A stretch of DNA of 64,000 nt, taken from the NCBI GenBank assembly GCA_016181585.1, contig JACOYX010000017.1, positions 8,317-72,316 of the forward strand, read 5' to 3'. The position numbers were made by a program, and so were the translations under genes. This document shows positions 56,595-64,000 of the stretch, one piece after another. Below the pieces are notes generated by a model that did not search any database, had not been told where the DNA came from, and was given only the letters and a program-made list of their open reading frames with translations. The DNA is from Candidatus Sungiibacteriota bacterium. Its GTDB lineage: Bacteria > Patescibacteriota > Minisyncoccia > Sungbacterales > HO2-52-23. Within the stretch, counting starts at the first letter, position 1; the number at the start of each line of letters is the position of its first letter.

Positions 56595-57650
56595 TTAAAA
56601 CGGTCCGCGAAATTTATGTTCCCAGCTATTGGGCGCTTCTTTTGGCAAAACGCAAGGCTTCAGCTCAAGTTTTTTTTCAACGCTTCGCACGATAGACAGC
56701 GAATCTGGATAAAATACATTTTCGAGCTGGCGTGTCGTAGGACAGGGAGTATGGGGAAAACCAATGCGTACGACCGGCGACTGCAGTTTTTTAAAGCATT
56801 TTTCCTGCACCAATGCGGCTACTTCCGCGCTGAACCCGCAAAAAAGCCAATCATAATCGGCAACGATGCAATGGCCTGTTTTCTCCACCGATTGAAGAAT
56901 AATTTTTTCGTCCAAGGGATAAATTGTCCGCGGATCAATAATTTCCACTTGTATACCGTGCGCCGCTTCCAGAATTTCCGCCGCTTTAAACGCCTCCACA
57001 TTCATCCATGAGGTGGCGACAATGGTGATATCTTTTCCCTTGCGGAATATTTTCCCTTTTCCCAATGGCACTTCGTAGGGCTCCGCAGGAACTTCGCCTT
57101 CAACCCAATAGAGCTGGCGATGTTCTAAAACAATCACCGGATTTTCGTCGCGGATAGCCGCAATTAAAATCCCTTTGATGTCATAAGGAGTTACCGGCAT
57201 CACCACCTTCAAACCGGGAATATGGGCAAAGATCGATTGCATGCTTTTGCTATGCTGGAATCCTTGTCCCCATCCGCGCCCGATAATAGACCGTATAACC
57301 AACGGCACTTTCAGTTTTCCTCCCGATCCGTAATGATACGAGGAAACCATATTGCCGAGCTGATTCATGGCAAGGAGCAAAAAATCACTGCGTATATGGA
57401 TATTGACCGGACGCAATCCGGCAATCGCCGCACCGAGTCCGACGCCCATAAGCGCCTCTTCGGAAAGCGGCGTGCTAAACATCCGTTCACTGCCGAATTG
57501 CTCCAAAATCCCAAACGTACTACCCGAAGTCCGCTTGTGATCCGCAACATCAAGTCCATATAAAAACACAGAAGAATCGCGCTCCATTTCTTGCTGCAGC
57601 GCTTCACCAATGGCGGTGCTGTAGGAAATAATTCTATTTTTCTTCATCAT
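56595..57650 (-). CDS. TPP-dependent 2-oxoacid dehydrogenase E1 component, beta subunit-like
   Basis: 351 aa; transketolase-like Pyr and C-terminal domains. Confidence 0.7.
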   Translation of the reverse strand: MMKKNRIISYSTAIGEALQQEMERDSSVFLYGLDVADHKRTSGSTFGILEQFGSERMFSTPLSEEALMGVGLGAAIAGLRPVNIHIRSDFLLLAMNQLGNMVSSYHYGSGGKLKVPLVIRSIIGRGWGQGFQHSKSMQSIFAHIPGLKVVMPVTPYDIKGILIAAIRDENPVIVLEHRQLYWVEGEVPAEPYEVPLGKGKIFRKGKDITIVATSWMNVEAFKAAEILEAAHGIQVEIIDPRTIYPLDEKIILQSVEKTGHCIVADYDWLFCGFSAEVAALVQEKCFKKLQSPVVRIGFPHTPCPTTRQLENVFYPDSLSIVRSVEKKLELKPCVLPKEAPNSWEHKFRGPF

Positions 57651-57659
57651 GTGGAAATT

Positions 57660-57893
57660 AGATCTGCTGATTAAAGATTTTCGTTACGATCCCGACATAT
57701 CGGGACAGAATTTCGAGACAAAATCGCTTAACAAATTTTGCGGTCTAAAACCTGACCTGCTCCGTACCGTTCGGTATGAACGGTCTGGGACGTTTCGGCC
57801 GTTTAAGGCCTATCTGTAAGGTAAGCCAAAAAGTTTTGAAGTGATTTTGGAGCGAATTGAAATTGCAGCAGAATTACCTTTACGCAGTAGGTC
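57660..57893. repeat. Palindromic repeat family A, copy 4 (long mosaic variant carrying modules E and C)
   Basis: agatctgctgattaaag...ctttacgcagtaggtca; internal hairpin tcccgacatatcgggac; modules E and C in reverse orientation relative to 42021-42477. Confidence 0.65.
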
Positions 57894-57909
57894 AATTAAA
57901 TAAAATATA

Positions 57910-58893
57910 CTAGCGCGCTTCGTAAAATACATTGGTAAAAAGTTCTTTTTGATCAGGAAATTTGGCTTTCTTGGCACGCTCAATACTCTCCGCAATCTGT
58001 TTATCAGTCACCCCTTCTTCTTTTTTTATCGCATCCTCCGTTATGCCCAGTCCAAGCAATCGCTTGCGTTGCAAGAGCACAGGATCACGTTTTTGCCATT
58101 GTATAAATTCTTTCTGCGAACGGTATCCCTGGTCAAAATCTTCATTTACTCCCACATGCTCCAGATAGCGATAATAATGCAACCGCAAAAAAGCCGGCTT
58201 TTCCTGCTCGGCATAACCCCGCATTGCTTTTTTAGTGATCGCGGAAATTTCTTCTACGTCAGTAGTGCGCGATTCAAACACATTACCGGTAAATTGTTTT
58301 AAAACATTCACGATAGACCGATATCCGTGGCGTTCTTCACCCGAAGTATGGACCGCGAGACGATTGTCTTCGCAAATAAATAAAATAGGCAGTTTCATGA
58401 GACACGCGATATTCCAGCTTTCCCAAAAAACTCCCTCATCAATCGCACCGTCTCCAAAAAATACCGCCGCCATATTTTTAGTTTTTTTCCGTTTGCATGC
58501 AAGCGCCACGCCTACCGCAACAGGAATAGTGCTTGCCACAATTGCCGATGCGCCCAAAAACCCATGCTCTGGAGAAGAAAGATGCATGGAGCCCGCCTTG
58601 CCGCGTGCAATGCCGGAAACTTTGCCGTAAAGCTCCGCAAAATAGTCATCCGTTTCTTCGGTTTTTGCAAGATACGTGGCGTGGCTTCGATAGGTGCAAA
58701 ACACCTGTCCACGCTCCCCCAGTGCATGGCACACGCCCGCCGCAATCGCTTCAGCGCCGATAGACATATGCATCGGCATTTTCATTTCATTTTCTCCGTA
58801 ATGCGCGCGAATCGCATTTTCAGCTGTACGAATAAGATACAACTGGCGATATAACTTACGGCTTGTTTCTTTTGTGACGGCGTGCTTAACCAT
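57910..58893 (-). CDS. TPP-dependent 2-oxoacid dehydrogenase E1 component, alpha subunit-like
   Basis: TPP-binding GDG(X)n motif (VFFGDGAIDEGVFWESWN); 327 aa. Confidence 0.7.
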   Translation of the reverse strand: MVKHAVTKETSRKLYRQLYLIRTAENAIRAHYGENEMKMPMHMSIGAEAIAAGVCHALGERGQVFCTYRSHATYLAKTEETDDYFAELYGKVSGIARGKAGSMHLSSPEHGFLGASAIVASTIPVAVGVALACKRKKTKNMAAVFFGDGAIDEGVFWESWNIACLMKLPILFICEDNRLAVHTSGEERHGYRSIVNVLKQFTGNVFESRTTDVEEISAITKKAMRGYAEQEKPAFLRLHYYRYLEHVGVNEDFDQGYRSQKEFIQWQKRDPVLLQRKRLLGLGITEDAIKKEEGVTDKQIAESIERAKKAKFPDQKELFTNVFYEAR

Positions 58894-58996
58894 AGTAATA
58901 ACCTTACCCCAATCATTAATTTATACAATCCTTGACATTTGTTATTTTATGAGTTCTTTTATCTATTCTCTCCCTGCTTAGCGGTTTCTAAGTAAC

Positions 58997-59875
58997 TCAC
59001 CAGCTAAGTCCTCCATCCCACGATTCGACCACATTTTTTGGAACAGTTTTCCAGATAAAAGAATGCAATGATCCGAACCATGATTGATGTTCTTTCAGAA
59101 ATCTCCACATACAATAACGCAAATAAAAGCGGTACGAACAATACTCCCGTACAACTCGCCGGTCAGCTCCAGATCCTTCTCTTTTTACCGAAACGCCATG
59201 TTGATAAATAATATGGTGATACAAACGCACACGGCAAAATTTTACTATTCCGCCTTTTTTAATAAAAGCCGCGACACATGCAAGATCGGTTAAATGCGTA
59301 AGATATTGCTCACACGGCATCAATTGGCCCATGCGGGCAAATGATTTGCGGCGGGTAAAAAGCCCCAATCCGGCGCCCGCTTTATAGCGAAACGCATCTT
59401 CCGGATGTTTGCCATAGGGAATTCCTGATGGAATATATTTACTACCCATCTTGCGGCCGTCTTTTTCTTTGGTACCGCCGCATACGAGAAGATCAATCTC
59501 CGGATTTTCATCCATAACCTTCACCACATGATCAATACCTTCTTTGAAAAATTTATCATCATCAGTGAGGAGCTGCGTATATCTTCCGCGCGCAAAAACA
59601 ATACCTTTATTAATAGCATTGGGTCCCGATTCATCCGGTTCGGAAATAAATATATCAATCACATCTTTATAGCGCTCCGCCACATCCCTTGTGCTATCCG
59701 TCGAACCACCATCCACTACGATAATTTCATCATCCGGCCCTTTGAGAGAGCGATACCGCTCTAATGCGCTCGCGAGATATTCGGCGCGATTTTTAGTGGG
59801 AAACACAAAAGAAACACGCTTCTCACAAAGCGACTCAAAAGTAGGATCATTGGCTTCCCCTTGTCTTGATTCCAT
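58997..59875 (-). CDS. GT2 glycosyltransferase; paralogue of 54473-55444
   Basis: SFVFPTKNRA; VVDGGSTDST; DDD. Confidence 0.7.
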   Translation of the reverse strand: MESRQGEANDPTFESLCEKRVSFVFPTKNRAEYLASALERYRSLKGPDDEIIVVDGGSTDSTRDVAERYKDVIDIFISEPDESGPNAINKGIVFARGRYTQLLTDDDKFFKEGIDHVVKVMDENPEIDLLVCGGTKEKDGRKMGSKYIPSGIPYGKHPEDAFRYKAGAGLGLFTRRKSFARMGQLMPCEQYLTHLTDLACVAAFIKKGGIVKFCRVRLYHHIIYQHGVSVKREGSGADRRVVREYCSYRFYLRYCMWRFLKEHQSWFGSLHSFIWKTVPKNVVESWDGGLSW

Positions 59876-59884
59876 TTAAATACA

Positions 59885-59924
59885 AGACCTACTGCGCAAA
59901 GAATTATCTTTGCGCAGTAGGTCT
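59885..59924. repeat. Minimal family-A palindrome: 17-bp perfect-stem hairpin agacctactgcgcaaag-aattat-ctttgcgcagtaggtct
   Basis: Fills nearly the whole 54-nt spacer between two minus-strand genes. Confidence 0.7.
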
Positions 59925-59929
59925 GCAAT

Positions 59930-60598
59930 TTAAGCCAGTAGCGCACCAATCGGAATCGTGTTCATGAGCGCTTCAAAAGAATCGACAACTTCATCCGCAT
60001 CTTTGAGTGCCAATCTCGGCATGGTAGAGGTGATTGCAATGCAATACGCACCCGCGCCTTTTGCCGCACTCACCCCCAAGGGCGCATTTTCCACCACTAT
60101 GCACGATTCCGCGTCAATTCCCAAGCGACGTGCGCCCTCAAGGTAAGCATCGGGAAACGGCTTCCCGCGCGCCGTCTGTTCTCCTGTCACAACCGCATCA
60201 AAGTGGGAAAGAAAATATTGTGGAGTCGATTTTTGAATACGATCCAGCCTTCCGCCGCTCACAATCGCCATAGGCACATTTTTCTTGCGAAAAAGCGTAA
60301 TATACTCTTCCACTCCGGGATATAATGAAAAATGATTATGCGAAAGATAGTATTCTTCTTTTACACGCAAAATCTCCTCCGCATTTGCGCCACCCACACC
60401 GGCACGCTCGCACACCGTCTGCGCCATGAGCGCTACAGGCATACCCTCAAGCGCGTAAAATATGTCCGCGGCAACGGCGGCATCAAAACGCCCAAGCGCA
60501 TAATTCCATGCGGCAAAGTGATCCCGCATGGTATCCGCAAGCACTCCGTCGAAATCGAAAAGTACGCCCCGAAATTTTACTGTATTATTTTTTATCAT
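59930..60598 (-). CDS. HAD-superfamily hydrolase, subfamily IA (phosphatase/beta-phosphoglucomutase-like)
   Basis: VLFDFDGVLADT motif I; 222 aa. Confidence 0.7.
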   Translation of the reverse strand: MIKNNTVKFRGVLFDFDGVLADTMRDHFAAWNYALGRFDAAVAADIFYALEGMPVALMAQTVCERAGVGGANAEEILRVKEEYYLSHNHFSLYPGVEEYITLFRKKNVPMAIVSGGRLDRIQKSTPQYFLSHFDAVVTGEQTARGKPFPDAYLEGARRLGIDAESCIVVENAPLGVSAAKGAGAYCIAITSTMPRLALKDADEVVDSFEALMNTIPIGALLA

Positions 60599-61100
60599 GC
60601 AGGAGATTTAACGCTTCTCTCATCCAATCTCCCATGTAATTATAGTGCGGGCTGGTGACTATATTTCCATCCACCACCGCCGGCGCATCCACATAGGTCG
60701 CGCCTGCGTTTTCGATATCGTCTTTAATACTGTAATATCCTGAAATCTTTTTATCTTTTACGATCCGCGCAGAAATCAGAAGTTGGGTGCCGTGGCAGAT
60801 ACAGGCAATCACTTTCCCTTTTTTATGAAATTCAGCAACCGCTTTAATGACTTCCGGCTCTTGGCGCAAATATTCCATACAGCGAGCCCCTCCCGGAAGT
60901 ATGAGAATATCATAATCACTCGCTTTGATATTTTTAAGATTGCGCGTAGGAACTACTTTAATTCCATTGACGCCGAACACAAGTTCTTTATCTTTCACCG
61001 CAACATCTAATTTAAAACCCGCCTCCTGCAGACGGTAGAACGGATAGACATATTCGACATCTTGCACAAATTTACCGGCGATAATAAGCGCTTTTTTCAT
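60585..61100 (-). CDS. DJ-1/PfpI-family protein
   Basis: CICHG nucleophile elbow; 171 aa. Confidence 0.75.
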   Translation of the reverse strand: MKKALIIAGKFVQDVEYVYPFYRLQEAGFKLDVAVKDKELVFGVNGIKVVPTRNLKNIKASDYDILILPGGARCMEYLRQEPEVIKAVAEFHKKGKVIACICHGTQLLISARIVKDKKISGYYSIKDDIENAGATYVDAPAVVDGNIVTSPHYNYMGDWMREALNLLHDKK

Positions 61101-61867
61101 ACAATTTTTACATCATGTTTAATAATTAGTAACTCTACTTCTTCCGGCATGAGCACATCTTCCCATGTTTGCGGTTCCTGCGCATTGAGCGTGTCTCCCG
61201 CCTCCGCGGCAAGTTGTCCACTGCTATAATAAAAATTTCCGCGGAGAAGCGATATGATGTCGGCATTCGCTTCCGCTAAAACAGTTTTCAATTCCATCGC
61301 ATTAGTGCAACGCGCCATCATCAGCGTACAGTCACCAAATTTTCTGCTTCGGTGGTAGCGATCCTCTTCTTGATGAAAATGGTGCAAAGTATCGTCAAGC
61401 GGCATATGGTGGGTTTTATCTTCATATCCCTTCCCGCTTCGGCCGTATGCATCGGAAAAACGCACCAGATCTTTTTTATTTACCGGAGTTTCTACTTCCA
61501 TCACCACAATTCCTTCCGGAGACAAGGCTTCAGTTGAGTGAAATGTGCCTTTTTCAATTACAAACCCCTGCCCGGCGTTTATCTCATGCGCGGTGTTGAG
61601 CGAGGTTATGCACGCATTGCCCGCAAGCAATACCAGCCCTGTTTTTTTGTTTGGGTGGCAGTGAAGCGATGTTTTATTGCCGTGCGCAATAGAAAGCAAC
61701 CAAACAGCCGTTTGATCATTTTGAAAAATAAGGTATTCATGCCCCCATGGTTTTTTTATCACCACCCGGGAATAATCGAACAAATCATTTTCCTGTGTTG
61801 CGGGATCTATGGCAAGCAAGGATATGTGCTCTTTATCTTTATCAGAAAATTGGAGTTTTTTGATCAT
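61097..61867 (-). CDS. Cupin-domain protein (mannose-6-phosphate isomerase-like cupin)
   Basis: 256 aa; HCHPNKKTGLVLLAG cupin motif. Confidence 0.5.
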   Translation of the reverse strand: MIKKLQFSDKDKEHISLLAIDPATQENDLFDYSRVVIKKPWGHEYLIFQNDQTAVWLLSIAHGNKTSLHCHPNKKTGLVLLAGNACITSLNTAHEINAGQGFVIEKGTFHSTEALSPEGIVVMEVETPVNKKDLVRFSDAYGRSGKGYEDKTHHMPLDDTLHHFHQEEDRYHRSRKFGDCTLMMARCTNAMELKTVLAEANADIISLLRGNFYYSSGQLAAEAGDTLNAQEPQTWEDVLMPEEVELLIIKHDVKIV

Positions 61868-61906
61868 ATCCTGTTGATATAAAAGTATAGGGATATTTTA
61901 AAAATA

Positions 61907-62842
61907 TCAAGAGAGACGAAACATGAATCTTGAATCCGTGTCATCCACCATAATCTCTTTCACTTTTCTGCAAATTTTCTCTGCAGTAGGTGGAAGATTA
62001 TCGAGTTGCGGCGCAAACCCCGCCGCACGTTCTTCCAAACCAAACACACGAATGTTTTTCCCGGTCTTCTGCATCAAATCAAATGCAATGCACTTTGCCG
62101 CGCCATTTTCAAAATCACCATCAAGCACCAAACCGCCGTGCCGAGAACTTTCGAGCGCACGATTCACGTCGGGTGTTGCCACAAACGGCTTTAGCCATGT
62201 GAGATGCACAACATTGCAAGTAATTCCCTCTCCCGCAAGCATATCCACTGCCTTTACTGCTTCGAGTCGCGTGGAGGAAATCGGAAAAAGCGTAAAATCG
62301 GCTTCTGAGTGTACAATATTTTCCATTTCATAATCAATCGGAAAACTTCTGCGATGTTCGCTTATGTACATCGGATCATCATGGGCCATAAAAAATTCCC
62401 ATCCGGCACGCCATTCGTTGGGAGTCATTGGTGCATAAACAAACATGCCGGGCATCCTCGTAAATAAGCTGTGGTGCGACCCCCCGGCAACGGGCCCAAT
62501 GGCTCCGTCCATCGCAATAGAACGCACAAAAATAGGACAGGGAATTCCCCACATGTCTTTCGATTTTGCCGCATAATTCACAATATGCGCGGCATTAAAC
62601 CACTGAAATCCTTGATAACGGACAATATAAATAGGCCGGCGTCCGGCAAGCGCCATTCCCACCGCAATACCGCCACCTGCGACATCCGCCATGGAGAGCT
62701 CAACCAATCCGTCTTCATCACCCATTTCAGGCACTGTTCCTCCTACCCAACCTACCGCAGTCAAGCATTGTCCCAATGCCAAACCATTGTTTTTAAGAAG
62801 ATGTTCGCGCGTTATTTGTTTAATTGTTTCTGCTACGTTCAT
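61907..62842 (-). CDS. Transketolase C-terminal section / E1-beta-like TPP-enzyme subunit
   Basis: 311 aa; Pyr and C-terminal transketolase-like domains. Confidence 0.65.
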   Translation of the reverse strand: MNVAETIKQITREHLLKNNGLALGQCLTAVGWVGGTVPEMGDEDGLVELSMADVAGGGIAVGMALAGRRPIYIVRYQGFQWFNAAHIVNYAAKSKDMWGIPCPIFVRSIAMDGAIGPVAGGSHHSLFTRMPGMFVYAPMTPNEWRAGWEFFMAHDDPMYISEHRRSFPIDYEMENIVHSEADFTLFPISSTRLEAVKAVDMLAGEGITCNVVHLTWLKPFVATPDVNRALESSRHGGLVLDGDFENGAAKCIAFDLMQKTGKNIRVFGLEERAAGFAPQLDNLPPTAEKICRKVKEIMVDDTDSRFMFRLS

Positions 62843-62851
62843 ATAAAAAGT

Positions 62852-63745
62852 TTATATTGTACCGAGTGCCAGTTGCGTTTCCCATGCCCTGTCCATAGAA
62901 TCCCGCGCATCTTCTTCTATCGACGTTATTTTTTCGTTCATACCCACTTTCTGCAATTCTTCTTTTATCAAAGCAAACCTGTCCCACTCGGGCGGACCAT
63001 CCACACCTGTACCATTATGCCAGAGATGGCGCACCACATGGATATTCATAAATATCGGCATTGCGCCTCCGAATTTCCGCATATGATGCACAATTAACCA
63101 CGGATTATCCGTAATTTCGACAGCCTGTATACCGAAAGCGGCCGCAATGTCGGTCATTTTCCAGTTTCTGCGCACCGCAACTTTAGTCAGAATCGAAAGC
63201 CCATTATCCATACAAACAAATGCCATAGGAAGTTTTTTGTGCGCAGCATATCCCAAAGCGCCAAGCACATAATCCTCTTCCGCGGATGCATCTCCCATCA
63301 CCGCAAGAGTCCGTTTATTTTTTGCAAAAGCATAACCGACTGCGATAGGAATTTGCGTTCCCATGAGCCCGTCATGACCAAACATATTAATCGCCGGCGA
63401 ATGAATAGAGGCCGATCCTCCCATGCCTTTTGCACAACCTGTCGGCCGATGAAGTAATTCATCAATAAGCGCTTCCACACTCCCTCCATAAGCAAGGTAG
63501 AGGTCGTGGCACCGGTGCTGTCCAAAAATGGCTGCATCAGGATACACCAGAGAAAGCGCCGCGGCGACAGACTCCTGTCCCACCGATAAGTAAATCGGCA
63601 TCTTTATAAGCCCTTTATCAAATGCTTTTTTTACATTCAATTCAAAATAACGAATCATGCAGATTCGTTTGAATATCTCCAGTATGTCCTGCTCGCTCAA
63701 TTCCCGTATTACGTTTTCAATTGCTCCGGTATTTTGAGAACGCAT
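62852..63745 (-). CDS. Transketolase N-terminal section / E1-alpha-like TPP-binding subunit
   Basis: TPP motif (AVMGDASAEEDYVLGALGYAAHKKLPMAFVCMDNG); 297 aa. Confidence 0.65.
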   Translation of the reverse strand: MRSQNTGAIENVIRELSEQDILEIFKRICMIRYFELNVKKAFDKGLIKMPIYLSVGQESVAAALSLVYPDAAIFGQHRCHDLYLAYGGSVEALIDELLHRPTGCAKGMGGSASIHSPAINMFGHDGLMGTQIPIAVGYAFAKNKRTLAVMGDASAEEDYVLGALGYAAHKKLPMAFVCMDNGLSILTKVAVRRNWKMTDIAAAFGIQAVEITDNPWLIVHHMRKFGGAMPIFMNIHVVRHLWHNGTGVDGPPEWDRFALIKEELQKVGMNEKITSIEEDARDSMDRAWETQLALGTI

Positions 63746-63759
63746 AACTTATGTAAAAA

Positions 63760-64000
63760 TTATCGCAACGGCACACGCTCCCGTTTTGCATTTTTACCGG
63801 GAATAAATTCAACTCCTTTATTCAAATAAGTAATTTGCATAATTGGACGCGGGCGGTCTTTGGTAAGGTTGGGGTAAGAGCCATGCACCACGTTTCCGTT
63901 AAGAATAAGCATGCCGCCCTTTTTGACATATACCGTAGATTCTTTTCCCTTATGCTTTGCAGGAAGAAGAACTGTATTGCCGGGATTGGTACCCGGCTTT
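63760..64000 (-). CDS. PhyH-like Fe(II)/2OG oxygenase, C-terminal fragment; 5' part lies beyond window end
   Basis: Minus-strand translation ...KPGTNPGNTVLLPAKHKGKESTVYVKKGGMLILNGNVVHGSYPNLTKDRPR... ends at TAA 63760. Confidence 0.4.
   Translation of the reverse strand, partial: KPGTNPGNTVLLPAKHKGKESTVYVKKGGMLILNGNVVHGSYPNLTKDRPRPIMQITYLNKGVEFIPGKNAKRERVPLR

Noticed and set aside
1-64000. CRISPR array or integron cassette array as explanation for the regularly interspersed repeats
   Set aside because: The repeats are not short identical direct repeats with unique spacers, so this is not CRISPR. No integron integrase, attI or Pc is seen. The elements have long perfect IRs and belong to many heterogeneous families, unlike attC sites. 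The intervening genes are large glycan enzymes, not typical cassette ORFs.
1-64000. tRNA or rRNA genes and group I/II introns in the long structured spacers
   Set aside because: I found no T-loop GTTCRANYC or anticodon-arm cloverleaf patterns, no rRNA-like conserved tracts and no intron domain V signatures. The stems are repeat-family palindromes.

Overview
This window is a glycan-biosynthesis island of about 60 kb. It opens with two housekeeping genes, hpf (partial) and murB. Nearly all other genes lie on the minus strand, and almost every intergenic spacer holds a structured palindromic repeat element. Recognisable content: an initiating polyprenyl-phosphate sugar transferase, GT4 and GT2 glycosyltransferases, an O-antigen-ligase/TPR fusion, and a GT-C-like membrane protein. 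There are three NeuB-family nonulosonic-acid synthases, two CMP-sugar synthetases (NeuA family), a NeuC-type hydrolysing UDP-GlcNAc 2-epimerase and a KdsC-like phosphatase. Further enzymes are RmlB and RmlC, two UDP-sugar-dehydrogenase homologues (one truncated, one fused to CBS domains), and three paralogues of a TagF-like GT-B family. Tailoring genes include five SAM methyltransferases (one a Zn-ribbon sugar C-methyltransferase), a NodU-type carbamoyltransferase, two PhyH-like dioxygenases, cupins and an enolase-superfamily dehydratase. A terminal sub-cluster holds a GHMP kinase, a HAD phosphatase and two split TPP-dependent E1 alpha/beta pairs. I found no rRNA, tRNA or CRISPR. The most unusual feature is the set of at least eight families of structured intergenic repeats. 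Several show compensatory base changes between copies, several show 22-bp perfect terminal inverted repeats, and two copies are near-identical at 45 kb apart. The repeats share mosaic modules and often supply start or stop codons of the flanking genes. All functional calls are inferred from reading the translated ORFs against remembered family motifs; no database search was run.
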